DNA of 64,000 nt, from NCBI GenBank assembly GCA_963835575.1, contig CAWIGG010000004.1, positions 320,001 to 384,000 of the forward strand. The letters run 5' to 3'. Every line of letters starts with the position of its first letter. Within the stretch, counting starts at the first letter, position 1. Shown in pieces: positions 18,738 through 28,844 of this stretch. Below the pieces are notes generated by a model. It was not told the origin of the DNA. It saw nothing but the letters and a program-made list of their open reading frames with translations, and made no database searches. The DNA is from an uncultured Spirochaetota bacterium. GTDB taxonomy: Bacteria; Spirochaetota; Brevinematia; Brevinematales; JAOACQ01. The position numbers were made by a program, and so were the translations under genes.

Positions 18738-19949
18738 TTATTCTCCAAAGAAACGTTTGTGGAGAAGCCTTATCGTATCATCCGCTTTATCTTTCCCGAT
18801 GACGACGGAAATTTTTATTTCAGAAGTGGATATCATCTCGATATTGATCTTCGCTTTCGCCAGTTCGTCAAAAACAGCGGCCGCGACACCCGCATGGATC
18901 CTCATACCGATGCCGACTACCGAAACAATAGCGATATCGTCATCATAAGACACATCTTCAGCCTTAAGTTCTTTTTTCAATCCTTCCATTATTTTTTTTG
19001 TATCAATCATATCGGTCGAGAGGACCGTAAATGAAATCTGGCTTTTAGAATCGCGGCCCAGGCTCTGGACGATCATATTCACATTGATGTTGGATTCTGC
19101 CAGCTTTTTAAAAATACTGGCGGCCACTCCCGGCTGGTCGGGTATGCCGGATATATTCACGCGAGTTTCGTCTGTTTTTTTCGCTATTCCTGTTATAACT
19201 AAATCTTCCATATCCTTATTCTCCTTTACTACTAAAGTTCCTTCGTTTTCCACAAAGGTGGAAACAACCCTCAGCGGCACGCCGTATTTCATGGCAAAAA
19301 TAACCGAACGGTCATGCAGGACCTTGGCGCCCATGGAAGCAAGCTCAAGCATTTCGTCATGAGTAATCCGGGCAAGCTTCTTCGCGTTCTTTACGATCCT
19401 GGGATCGGCGGTGTAAACGCCGTCAACATCCGTGTAGATATCGCAGTAGTCCGCCTTCAGGGCCGCCGCCACAGCCACGGCCGTCGTATCGGAACCGCCT
19501 CTGCCGAGCGTGGTGATATTTCCCTCTCCATCGATCCCCTGAAAGCCCGCAACCACGACAATCCTGCCGTCTTTCAGGGCCTTCTGGATTTTTTCCGTGT
19601 TGATGTCCAGAATTTTAGCTTTTGTAAAATCCGCGGTTGTCTTTATCCCGATCTGCGCGGCATTATAGGAAATCGCGTCCACTCCCAGATTATGAATGGC
19701 TATGGAAAGAAGGGCGATTGATACCTGTTCTCCTGTCGAGACCATCATATCCATTTCCCTTTTTGAAGGATTCGGGGACAATTGCTTTCCGAGATTGATA
19801 AGATAATCCGTCGCGCCGCTCATGGCGGACACAACGACAACAACATCATTTCCCTTGCTTTTTGTTTTGACCACTTTTTCGGCCACTTTTTTTATCCTCT
19901 CCACATCGCCGACGGATGTGCCGCCGAACTTCTGAACTACCAATGCCAC
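18738..19949 (-). CDS. lysC: Aspartate kinase
   Basis: Motifs VVQKFGGTSV, VVSAM, AGFQG, TTLGRGGSDTTA and YTDVDGVYTADP; two ACT domains; GTG start at 19949 with GAGGAGG. Confidence 0.95.
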   Translation of the reverse strand: MALVVQKFGGTSVGDVERIKKVAEKVVKTKSKGNDVVVVVSAMSGATDYLINLGKQLSPNPSKREMDMMVSTGEQVSIALLSIAIHNLGVDAISYNAAQIGIKTTADFTKAKILDINTEKIQKALKDGRIVVVAGFQGIDGEGNITTLGRGGSDTTAVAVAAALKADYCDIYTDVDGVYTADPRIVKNAKKLARITHDEMLELASMGAKVLHDRSVIFAMKYGVPLRVVSTFVENEGTLVVKENKDMEDLVITGIAKKTDETRVNISGIPDQPGVAASIFKKLAESNINVNMIVQSLGRDSKSQISFTVLSTDMIDTKKIMEGLKKELKAEDVSYDDDIAIVSVVGIGMRIHAGVAAAVFDELAKAKINIEMISTSEIKISVVIGKDKADDTIRLLHKRFFGE

Positions 19950-20127
19950 CGTTAGACCCTCCTCAAAAAAAATGACGGTATTATTATACAGGGCATTTCC
20001 AAAAACTACCAAAAAAAAATAAATTGGTGTTTTTGGAAATGCCCGGCATCTCAATTTTAATATTGCTTTTTTGCGGAGCGAAAATTATAATACAATCTCT
20101 TTAAATTTAAAAACAAGGAAAAAAATA

Positions 20128-20745
20128 ATGAAAGGCTTTTTTGTCACTTTTGAAGGCATCGAGGGGTGCGGAAAATCGACGCAGGCATATTACCTTTATG
20201 AATATTTAATCAACAGCGGCAGAAAGGCCCTTCTTACCAGAGAGCCGGGCGGGACCGAAAGCGGCGCGCATATCCGCGATATTCTTCTCAACTCTTCTTC
20301 ATTATCTCCGTACTGCGAGCTTTTTCTTTTCCTGGCGGACAGAAGCCAGCATGTCGAAGGGCTTATCCGGCCCGCCCTGGAAAAAGGCTCCGTAGTTATC
20401 TGCGACAGGTTTTACCACTCCACGTTTGCCTATCAGGCGGGAGGCAGGCATGTCCCTCTGGAAACGGTTGAATACCTGAATGACCTGGCAATACAGGGAT
20501 TAAGGCCTGATATTACTTTTCTTATCGATATCAATCCCGAAACCGGAATGGCAAGAAAACATTCCGCAGAGCTTTCATTAGACCGTATAGAAAAAGAAAA
20601 CGGATCATTTCATAAGGCAATAAGGGATTCTTATTTAAAACTGGCTGAAAAAGATAAAAATATTGCCGTCATAAACGGAGAAAGGAATAAAGAGATCATC
20701 CGGGATGAAATCATTGAAATATTTTTAAAGAAATGTCAAAAGTAA
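20128..20745 (+). CDS. tmk: Thymidylate kinase
   Basis: Motifs FEGIEGCGKSTQ, TREPGG, LFLADRSQH and CDRFYHST.AYQ; TTGCTT-N17-TATAAT at 20063-20091. Confidence 0.95.
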   Translation: MKGFFVTFEGIEGCGKSTQAYYLYEYLINSGRKALLTREPGGTESGAHIRDILLNSSSLSPYCELFLFLADRSQHVEGLIRPALEKGSVVICDRFYHSTFAYQAGGRHVPLETVEYLNDLAIQGLRPDITFLIDINPETGMARKHSAELSLDRIEKENGSFHKAIRDSYLKLAEKDKNIAVINGERNKEIIRDEIIEIFLKKCQK

Positions 20746-20833
20746 GCTGCCCGGATTAACACTCCGGTTTTTATACACTACAAAGATCACCAAGAGGCAC
20801 TAACCAGGTTTTCCTTGCTCTGCTTCATTATTG

Positions 20834-21036
20834 AATCTTCCGCTAAGCCACGCGAAGTCACGCCAATATAAAATATTCTATGCCTCTATTCAATTACCCT
20901 TTGAGTCAATTAGTTTTTTAATATGCTATTTTTCCTTATCACTAATACTCAATGCATACTAAGTGTCACAAACCATATGTACCCTCAATCCCTTATATTA
21001 TATTCGCGTCTATTCGCGTGTATTAGCGGATTATCC
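20834..21036. repeat. Inverted-arm element (CGCGAA 9-nt period), copy 1
   Basis: Left arm 20834-20866 and right arm 21003-21036 are identical to 53825-53857 and 53966-53999. The two arms are imperfect inverted repeats of each other. Confidence 0.85.
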
Positions 21037-21211
21037 GGCCCAACTTAATCTTTTAATAACCAAAAGGAAATTTATTTCTAATATTGCTTACAAGACTCAA
21101 AACGATGCCCCAAACATGCCGAGGGGAACACAAAAGAGCCGGCAGTCAAGAGTCATCAGCTTATTAAAATTTTTATTTACATTTATTATTTTAATTGTTA
21201 AAATCATAAGC

Positions 21212-22357
21212 ATGGAAAAGATTGTTCTACTCGGCGCCACAGGCTCAATCGGTTCTTCTGTTCTTGATGTGCTCAGGAATCACTCCGCAAGATTCAAGCT
21301 CATCGGGGTAAGCGGCCATAAAAATCTGGAGAAATTGGAAGCCATCGTCAGGGAATTCGTCCCGGAGGCGGTTTGCCTTTCAAAAGAGAACAGGGATTTT
21401 ATAAAATTATTTCCTGAAGTCTCATTCGTTTTCGGGGAAAAAGGACTATCAGAATTGGCTTCTCTTCCTTCCGCGGATACCATTGTTATCGGAATAGCGG
21501 GTATTGCCGGCCTTGCCCCCACTTTAAGCGCCATTAAAAGCAAAAAAAGGCTCCTGACAGCCAATAAGGAATCCATCGTTGCCGCCGGCGGGCTTGTCAA
21601 CCGGCTCCTGGCCGACACAAACCAAATGATAATACCCCTGGACAGCGAGCATAATGCCATCTTTAATATCTTTTCCAGAATACAGAAACAGTATATTAAA
21701 AGCATCTGCTTAACGGCTTCAGGCGGGCCCTTCCTCAATAAGAATATCACAGTGCGCACAGCCAGGAAGGATGTCCTGCAACATCCGACATGGGACATGG
21801 GCCATGAAATTACCGTCAACAGCGCCTCGTTAATGAATAAAGGGTTCGAAGTTATTGAGGCCCATTTCCTGTTCCATATGGATTATGACGATATTAAAGT
21901 CCTGATCCATCCGCAATCTCTTGTCCATGGAATTGTTGAAACAATAGACGGCACTCACTTTATGGCGGCGTCGCCCAGCGATATGCGCTATCCCATCGCG
22001 CTTTCGCTCTTTTATCCTGATTTTCCGGAACAGAAATTTCCGGACCTTGATCTGAGTCAGAAGAAACTGGAATTCTTCGAACCGGATTATAACAAGTTCC
22101 CCCTGCTGAAATTGGCTTACAGCGCGGGAAAAGAAGGCGGCATATTGACCGCCGTACTGAATGCCGCAAATGAAACCGCGGTGAATGCTTTTTTAAAAAA
22201 CAGGATTAAATTTATTCATCTGCCTGACCTGATCCATCAGGTCATAGAATCCTTTAGCGGAAGAAATATCAAAAATGGGGAATTATCTCTTGAAATAATC
22301 AATCAAATCGACATTGAAGCCCGGCAGAAAACAGCCGGTCTCATTGAAAGGTTTTAG
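21212..22357 (+). CDS. dxr: 1-deoxy-D-xylulose 5-phosphate reductoisomerase
   Basis: Motifs LLGATGSIG, ANKESIV, PLDSEHNAIF, LTASGGPF, HPTWDMG, MNKGFEVIEAH and NAANE. Confidence 0.95.
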   Translation: MEKIVLLGATGSIGSSVLDVLRNHSARFKLIGVSGHKNLEKLEAIVREFVPEAVCLSKENRDFIKLFPEVSFVFGEKGLSELASLPSADTIVIGIAGIAGLAPTLSAIKSKKRLLTANKESIVAAGGLVNRLLADTNQMIIPLDSEHNAIFNIFSRIQKQYIKSICLTASGGPFLNKNITVRTARKDVLQHPTWDMGHEITVNSASLMNKGFEVIEAHFLFHMDYDDIKVLIHPQSLVHGIVETIDGTHFMAASPSDMRYPIALSLFYPDFPEQKFPDLDLSQKKLEFFEPDYNKFPLLKLAYSAGKEGGILTAVLNAANETAVNAFLKNRIKFIHLPDLIHQVIESFSGRNIKNGELSLEIINQIDIEARQKTAGLIERF

Positions 22358-22521
22358 GGCAGTTCCAAAAACCTTAAGTTTTTAGGAACTGCCCCGATAA
22401 TAAAAACTTTTTGGTTAATGTAAATGACGCTACTGCGTGGAGTTTGCAAAGCAAACTTAGCAGTTGCATGACTTAAAACAATATCGGCAGTTCTAAAAAT
22501 GTGAGTTTTTAGAACTGCCCT
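22356..22521. repeat. Palindromic MITE/REP-like unit between convergent genes
   Basis: Ends AGGGCAGTTCCAAAAAC and GTTTTTAGAACTGCCCT are inverted; each end is also its own hairpin; internal AGTTTGC-AAA-GCAAACT hairpin. Confidence 0.65.
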
Positions 22522-22525
22522 TTAG

Positions 22526-24877
22526 TTATTTTTCAGCGGCGTCCAGAACTTCCCGCACCTTATTGGCCAGTTCTATCATGGAATAAGGTTTCTGGATAAT
22601 GTCGCGCGCTCCCAGTTCTATCGTATCCTGGACCCTTTTATCATTCCTGAAGCCTGAAGCCAGAAGAACTTTCACATCGGGGGCTATCGCTTTCATCTCA
22701 ATATACGCTTCTTTTCCTGAAAGCTTCGGCATCGCCATATCCAGAATAACCAGGTCTATTTTTTCATGTTCCTTTTTAAAAATCTTTACGCATTCATCGC
22801 CGTCCTGCGCAGAAATCACCTGATACCCGCATTTTTCCAGTATCGTTTTCGCCACTTTCCTGACATTATCCTCATCGTCAGCCAGGAGAACCGTTTCATT
22901 TCCCTTTGCCGGTTCCTGTTTTTCCTTTTTTACCGGGACACTCTTTTCTTTATAAAGAGGAAGAAATACCTTGAATTCAGATCCGCTGCCGACTTTTGAT
23001 AATACATCAATAAACCCGTCATGCTGATGCACAATATTATAGACCATGGCAAGGCCCAGTCCCGTGCCCTTGTCTTTTTCCTTGGTCGTAAAGAAAGGAT
23101 CGAAGATTTTCGGCATTGTTTTACTGTCAATCCCCACGCCGGTGTCTTTAACAATTATGACCCAGTACTCATCCTCGCTGGCTTCGGGATGATGCTTGCG
23201 CAGGCGGGCGTCATTCGTTATTTTTTCAAGCGAAAGGCTGAGAATTCCTCCCTGATGTTCGTTTGGTTTTCTCATGATAGTCATGGAATGTTCCGCGTTC
23301 ACGCAGAGATTGAGCAATATCTGCTCTATCTGTGTGAAATCCGCTCTTGCGACAGCCATACTGTCATTAAGATGGACCTGGATTTCCACAGACTTATCAA
23401 AAGTATTTCTGCAGATTTGTATAACACTCCGGAAGACCAGGTTCAAATCCACTGTTGTGAAAGCGATATCCTGCTTCCTGGAAAGCGAGAGCAGCTGGTT
23501 GACCATGTCCGAGGCCCTTTTCGCCGAATCTTCAATAATAGAGATATGTTCTTTCAGGCTCTCTTTTTCAATTTTTTTCGTACTGCCGAGCATATACTGG
23601 ATCAGTGAAACTGAACCGATGACCCCGGCCAGGACATTATTAAAATCATGGGCCAGACCGCCAGCCAGCCTCCCGACAGTTTCCATCTTCTGGGCCTGCC
23701 GGAGCTGCGACTCTTTCCTTTCCAGTTCCGTGATATCATCAAGGCGGATAACCACGCCGCCCGTACCGTTAAACACGAGAGGATAAAAAGATATGTTAAA
23801 ATAGCGCCTTTCCTCTTCAGTTAAAGTTTCCCGCTGGATCTCAATCGGCATTCTCTTTTTTATCACATCCTCAAAATTACCTTCATACTGCTTGAGCGTC
23901 GGGATCATTTCCCATATTTTTTTTGAAACAGCCTCAGAGGCGGGAATTCCCGTTTCTCTTTCCGCCGCCATATTCCACTGAGTGATAATCCCTTCATGAT
24001 TAATGGAAATTAAAACCGAAGCCAGAGAATCGAAAATATTCTTGAGATAATTTTTGGTTTTCCTGAGTTCTTCTTCCGCCTCTTTACGCTCCAGGATTTC
24101 CTTTTTTAATTCTTCGAGGGTCTTTTTCAACTGGATTGTCATTGTGTTGAATTCCAGGGCCAGGGTGCCGATCTCATCATTGGACGATACATGCACAAGC
24201 TTATCAAAGTTACCCTGAATGATCTGTTTCGTGCTTTCAACAATGGATATGATCGGTTTTGTCAGCCTGCCGGCCAGCAATATCGATATGAAAAATGATA
24301 AAAGGATAACAATCGCCGTAAAAACAGCCATCAGTATGCGCGCGAACGCAAAATCCCTGTCCAGTTCTATGAGAGAATTCTCAAAAGATTTTTTTGACTT
24401 GGTGAATGTCTCATCCAGCAATGCGTTCAGGCTGTTTTTATTTTCCTTGAATTTATTCACAATATCCTTTTGCGACTGGAATCCCTCCAGATCTTTTATC
24501 CCGAGAATGGAAGACCCGAATTGATAATAAAGCCTGAAATAAGTTCTGAGCTTCTGCAGAGAAGGCTCTTCTTCCGGGATCCTTTCGGAAAGGTCGTCAA
24601 TATTTTTATAAAATGACTTGGCCAGATCGTCCAGGCGTACTTTTTCCTTCCGGCGGCTTTCAATATCAAAAAGCATTGTGTCCCAGATTTCGGCATGGAT
24701 GCGCATGATGATCAGATAGGATTCCTGGATATACTTTTCAGTCGTGAAATTATTCTCAACCAGCAGATTTATCTTCCGCGCCGACTGATTAAGAAAAACA
24801 AGATTAAAAACAATAAAACCCATAAATAGAAGGATCAATATCCCGAAACCCATCAAGACACGGTACTTTAGCCTCAT
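22526..24877 (-). CDS. Hybrid sensor histidine kinase/response regulator (TM-helical sensor-TM-HAMP-PAS-HisKA-HATPase-REC)
   Basis: Motifs [34 protein letters not shown] and DPFFTTK...GTGLGL; REC domain LADDE...LDMAMP...KP. Confidence 0.92.
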   Translation of the reverse strand: MRLKYRVLMGFGILILLFMGFIVFNLVFLNQSARKINLLVENNFTTEKYIQESYLIIMRIHAEIWDTMLFDIESRRKEKVRLDDLAKSFYKNIDDLSERIPEEEPSLQKLRTYFRLYYQFGSSILGIKDLEGFQSQKDIVNKFKENKNSLNALLDETFTKSKKSFENSLIELDRDFAFARILMAVFTAIVILLSFFISILLAGRLTKPIISIVESTKQIIQGNFDKLVHVSSNDEIGTLALEFNTMTIQLKKTLEELKKEILERKEAEEELRKTKNYLKNIFDSLASVLISINHEGIITQWNMAAERETGIPASEAVSKKIWEMIPTLKQYEGNFEDVIKKRMPIEIQRETLTEEERRYFNISFYPLVFNGTGGVVIRLDDITELERKESQLRQAQKMETVGRLAGGLAHDFNNVLAGVIGSVSLIQYMLGSTKKIEKESLKEHISIIEDSAKRASDMVNQLLSLSRKQDIAFTTVDLNLVFRSVIQICRNTFDKSVEIQVHLNDSMAVARADFTQIEQILLNLCVNAEHSMTIMRKPNEHQGGILSLSLEKITNDARLRKHHPEASEDEYWVIIVKDTGVGIDSKTMPKIFDPFFTTKEKDKGTGLGLAMVYNIVHQHDGFIDVLSKVGSGSEFKVFLPLYKEKSVPVKKEKQEPAKGNETVLLADDEDNVRKVAKTILEKCGYQVISAQDGDECVKIFKKEHEKIDLVILDMAMPKLSGKEAYIEMKAIAPDVKVLLASGFRNDKRVQDTIELGARDIIQKPYSMIELANKVREVLDAAEK

Positions 24878-25180
24878 AAGCTGCTGTAAACCTCCGGATA
24901 CCCCTTGCCCCTTAAATGAATAAAAGCGATATAATCAGATTACCGCATAATCAGTAATCAATCCGTAATACAAATTGCTGTCAATTAAATCATACATTCA
25001 AAACCGGAATATTTCAATAGCTTTCTTGTTTTGTCTTGATTACATGAAATTCAAATATGAGGGATCCATTGCCCGGCTCAAGATGGAATATGATAAATCC
25101 GTCTTTCGGCCGGAGTGTAATAATTGGATTATAAACCTGTTATTCAGCTTGTTTCTATTTTAACAGGTACCTGATAACAA

Positions 25181-26182
25181 TTATTTCTTTAGAAATCCGA
25201 CAACAAATAAATCTGTTTGAACCGGAATTTCCTTTTTATAAACAGCGTATTTACTGCCGCCGATAGTGATCTCAAATTCGCTTTCATTCACAAGCTTTCT
25301 GCCGAGCTCCCGTATATCCTCAGAATTATCTTTATAAGTCAGCTTATATTCGTCCGGAGCAAACTCATTTTTTGACATCTGCTTCAAATAATCGAACTCT
25401 TTCAAAACCTTGACCTTTAAAAACCTGACTGATGCTTCATTAGCTCCGATAACCATCGAATCTTTAGACATGAAAATGAGCGGGGTTTTTTGTTTTCTGA
25501 GAGCTTCCCGTCCTATCGGCGTTAAATACAAATCACAGTTTATTACAGCTTCCAGTTTGTTTTTATTATATACAGGCATCATATATACTTTTATAAAACC
25601 GTTCCCAGCGATCTCCGCAAAAGGTTCATCAGTCCAGATCAGCTTTTTCGAGGGATTATGCTTTTCATCCGCCAGAAAATACCAGAATATAGTACGGTAG
25701 TCAAAATTAAATGGTATTACAGAAACAAGGTCAACCCAGGGCGCCACAAACCCTACGCCGTCGCTTCCCAGGATCCAGAGCGTCATATAGTTTGTAATTG
25801 ATGAAATCATCAGTTTTTCCGATTTTTCATAAAGACGGATCTTTTCTTTTATTTTATTGGTCGGGAAAGGGGCCATATCCGCGACCATGACTGCGCAGCC
25901 GCTGTCGTTTGTGGCTTTATGATATAAATGTCCCTGTTGAAATTTATATTTTCCCCCGTCTTCAATATCCATTTTATCGATTGATAAATTAATTGTACTT
26001 TCATTCAGGTATAAATCATCCAGAAACAGGTTTAGTTTTTCCACTCCGGCTTTGGAAAAGGCAAAATATCCGTTTATATCGCTAACAGAAGCTTCAACAT
26101 CCGATTTCATATTTTTTACCGAAGACCCGCAAGATGTAATAATAAGAAAAAGAAATGACAGGATAATCAGCTCTTTTTTCAT
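25181..26182 (-). CDS. Stand-alone dCache-domain lipoprotein (putative ligand-binding protein)
   Basis: Lipobox IITSC; dCache-like FDYRTIFWY...NPSKKLIWTDEPF...GNG...MPVYNKNKLEAVINCDL; no cytoplasmic output domain; ATGA overlap with the upstream gene. Confidence 0.65.
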   Translation of the reverse strand: MKKELIILSFLFLIITSCGSSVKNMKSDVEASVSDINGYFAFSKAGVEKLNLFLDDLYLNESTINLSIDKMDIEDGGKYKFQQGHLYHKATNDSGCAVMVADMAPFPTNKIKEKIRLYEKSEKLMISSITNYMTLWILGSDGVGFVAPWVDLVSVIPFNFDYRTIFWYFLADEKHNPSKKLIWTDEPFAEIAGNGFIKVYMMPVYNKNKLEAVINCDLYLTPIGREALRKQKTPLIFMSKDSMVIGANEASVRFLKVKVLKEFDYLKQMSKNEFAPDEYKLTYKDNSEDIRELGRKLVNESEFEITIGGSKYAVYKKEIPVQTDLFVVGFLKK

Positions 26183-27108
26183 ATATTTCTCCCTGTTTTT
26201 AATTCTTCATTATCAATAAAATATCTTTCTTTTATCGCTCTCAATATTTCATCTTCTTTACTGTATGGTATCGGGGCCCTTAAAATGCCGATATTACCGC
26301 TCCCCTCTTTTTTGTCCGGTATGTCCCCCGCATCTTTAATTATAACAGGCCTTGCTCCGTTTTCCTCGATTTCATACACAAGAGATTTCACAGAGCGGTT
26401 GTTTTCACCGCTGCAAATCACCCATATTTCAGAAAGATTTTTTCCTCTTACAGCTTGCGCAATCTCTTCGAATATACCGGACCCCAGGACCCATCCGCAT
26501 ATCCCTTTAAGCCAGAAAATGTTTTCCTTATGAGGGAAACATGTGCTGATATATTTAACAATGGTTTCCGCATCCTTCAGACGGAATGAGGAATAAACCA
26601 GCAAATGGACCGGTTTTCCTCCATCAAAAAATCGAAGTTTTTCTTTATAGTTTTCTATCGTTAAAAAAACCGTGTTAACAGGAAAAATCGAACTGTAATT
26701 ATAAAAAATCATATGCCCTTCATCCAGAAGCATCAAACACTGATAACCCGGCCTGACTTTTTTAATCTCATTTTTAAGCATCGCTATCCAGGGGCAGATT
26801 TTTTCTAATACAGGGGTCCCTTTTTCTTTAGCCGCTTCAATCTCTTCAAGGCTGCCGTCATAACCGCTTACCAGTATCCCGGCACCTGCGGGCAGCTCCG
26901 AGATATTCCTAATATAACGGTAATTATATCGGTCAAACCAGCCTGTTTCTACACCTTTACCGCCCCGTGAATTCCATTCCAGATTTAAATAATATTCAGT
27001 ATTATGATATTTCTTATCTTTTTTCAGATATTCCCAGTAATCTTCTTCAAACTGCTTTTTAATAAAACCGCATCTGCCGTCATTCTGAAAAAAATAAAAA
27101 AAAGGCAT
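26179..27108 (-). CDS. Divergent IspH/LytB-fold [4Fe-4S] protein
   Basis: From ATG 27108 (AGGAGA RBS) the ORF is 309 aa. Three spaced Cys motifs GRCGF, KICPW and GICGW parallel IspH GFCxG, ATCP and xICxA; VICSGENNRSVKSL parallels VVGxxNSSNSxxL. Confidence 0.6.
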   Translation of the reverse strand: MPFFYFFQNDGRCGFIKKQFEEDYWEYLKKDKKYHNTEYYLNLEWNSRGGKGVETGWFDRYNYRYIRNISELPAGAGILVSGYDGSLEEIEAAKEKGTPVLEKICPWIAMLKNEIKKVRPGYQCLMLLDEGHMIFYNYSSIFPVNTVFLTIENYKEKLRFFDGGKPVHLLVYSSFRLKDAETIVKYISTCFPHKENIFWLKGICGWVLGSGIFEEIAQAVRGKNLSEIWVICSGENNRSVKSLVYEIEENGARPVIIKDAGDIPDKKEGSGNIGILRAPIPYSKEDEILRAIKERYFIDNEELKTGRNI

Positions 27109-27122
27109 TGTTTCTCCTAAAA

Positions 27123-28394
27123 CTATTCCCGGTCCGTTCTCAGGTAGCAGTATTGCTTGATGATTTCCCTGATATTCTCTTTGTCCGGTTTTGATATTCT
27201 GCTGATATGAAAACCGCATAAAATTATTTCCATATCAAGGCTTTGCCATTTGATCAGGCTGCAGCCGCGGATAAAACCGATTTGCGGGAAACACATAATG
27301 AATTCGTATTCATTTTTTGTTGAACAGTTTTCAGGCATTTCTTCCATTTCAAGACGGAAACCGTCAAAGGAAATATCGACAAGCTTTGCTTTGATATAGT
27401 TATTTTTATTGGAATCCCAGAGCGAAACCGTACAGTCTTCGCTTTTTATAGGATAAAAACGGTGTGCCGGGTCTGTTGAATTTCTTCCATCCCTCAGGCG
27501 TTTGAATAATTTCCTGTTAATCAGGCGGCCTTCCATTTCAAAATAGGCGCGGATAGTTCCTTTCTGATAAAGAGTGACATGAAAATTCAGGAAAAGCCAT
27601 TCACCATCCTTATTATTTTCCGGCGATATGAATTCCGCTTTCATGCCCGCGGGATAATGTAAATCGACATAATCATAGAATTTTGAATTATACTGGCTCA
27701 GAACAAATTGAACGCCATGAAGAGGAACCTTGCCGTAAATATGGCTGCATGCCGTGGTGAACTGCCTGGCCGCTTCTATCAGCATAACTCCAGGCACATG
27801 GTCATTGGGATGCTCGAAAAAGAAGGAATGTCCCGAATCGATAACAAGATCCGCGTAGAAAATCTTTTCCAGAGTCAAGCCGGGGATATTTTCGATTATT
27901 TCGGCCAATTTCAAGCGCTCAATATTTGAAATATGGATATTTTTCTTATAGAGGATTGAATAAATATCTTTAACTTCTTCATCGGAGAGATGATTTTTTA
28001 AAATATAATTCTCGTTTTTATTGTTTTTACGGTAATAATTATGAAGCAGTCTGATTTCTTTCTGGTCCAATTGATTTGAATGGTCCAGGATATCCAGAAC
28101 TTCCGTGCTTAAAAAATGAGGGATATTAAATAGAACATAATATTTTTCATTTTTATGTTCCGGCAAGGAAATATTTCCCCCGATGATGCTCTTATCATCG
28201 ATATTCTGCAGACGGTAATACTCCAGAAACATATCCTGCTGCGCTTTTGGCAAACTCGGGATAATTATATTTTCTACTGTTTCCTTTTCAAAATAAGCGG
28301 GGATCGCTCTCCGCAGATTTTTTACAAATACATTGTCCTGCAGACTTTTATGGACATATTTTTTATCAAGAGCGGCATCCAATTGTAAAACCAT
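27123..28394 (-). CDS. AfsA-related hotdog-domain protein fused to a C-terminal PilZ-like domain
   Basis: KKYVHK...NVF and HSFFFEHPNDHVPGVMLIEAARQ match the A-factor biosynthesis hotdog motif. The C-terminus has LVDISFDGFRL...IKW...CGFH (PilZ DxSxxG). Confidence 0.75.
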   Translation of the reverse strand: MVLQLDAALDKKYVHKSLQDNVFVKNLRRAIPAYFEKETVENIIIPSLPKAQQDMFLEYYRLQNIDDKSIIGGNISLPEHKNEKYYVLFNIPHFLSTEVLDILDHSNQLDQKEIRLLHNYYRKNNKNENYILKNHLSDEEVKDIYSILYKKNIHISNIERLKLAEIIENIPGLTLEKIFYADLVIDSGHSFFFEHPNDHVPGVMLIEAARQFTTACSHIYGKVPLHGVQFVLSQYNSKFYDYVDLHYPAGMKAEFISPENNKDGEWLFLNFHVTLYQKGTIRAYFEMEGRLINRKLFKRLRDGRNSTDPAHRFYPIKSEDCTVSLWDSNKNNYIKAKLVDISFDGFRLEMEEMPENCSTKNEYEFIMCFPQIGFIRGCSLIKWQSLDMEIILCGFHISRISKPDKENIREIIKQYCYLRTDRE

Positions 28395-28600
28395 TGCTTT
28401 TTCCTTTTTTTAAATATAAAAAGCCCCCGAAATTAACATCAATAATAACTGAATTATGCTTTTTAAATTTTTAATAAAAACAATTAATAAGCATATTTGA
28501 TGAAAAGCCCTTAAAATACTTTCATTCATAAGATGATAAGTTAATGCAATTTTCCCATATCCAGGAACAATTAAATTTAGAAGAACAAAACTATTACCTT

Positions 28601-28633
28601 AAAAAAAGGGAGCCCCATCCCTTTCTTTTTTTT
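28601..28633 (-). terminator. Intrinsic terminator downstream of flgJ (possibly bidirectional)
   Basis: AGGGA-gcccca-TCCCT stem flanked by an A-run and a T-run. Confidence 0.5.
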
Positions 28634-28844
28634 GTTCTTTTAAACGTTATTTGATCAGTATTTAATTACTGCTTATTATTATATATGATTCAAATTATTA
28701 TTATAACAATAAATAAAAATTTATCAAGAATATTATTTTTCTTATAAAAGAAGAATATTTCCTGAACTGAAAGATTTTCCTATTTGAAAGCTTTAAAAAA
28801 ACACCCATTTAATGATATATTTTAAAATAAGATTGTATTAAAAA

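Noticed and set aside
20963..21211. Long N-terminal extensions of dxr (and similarly lysC, tmk, phoB, phoR, pstB, arsC, fliW and the IspH-like gene) in the ORF track
   Set aside because: Homology motifs and RBS positions support downstream starts; the extensions run through repeats or promoters.
28395..28844. Operator-like palindromes (TATGCTT/AAGCATA; CAGTA-N6-TACTG) upstream of the AfsA-like gene
   Set aside because: They are short matches in very AT-rich DNA with no second copy and no adjacent regulator, so they cannot be distinguished from chance.
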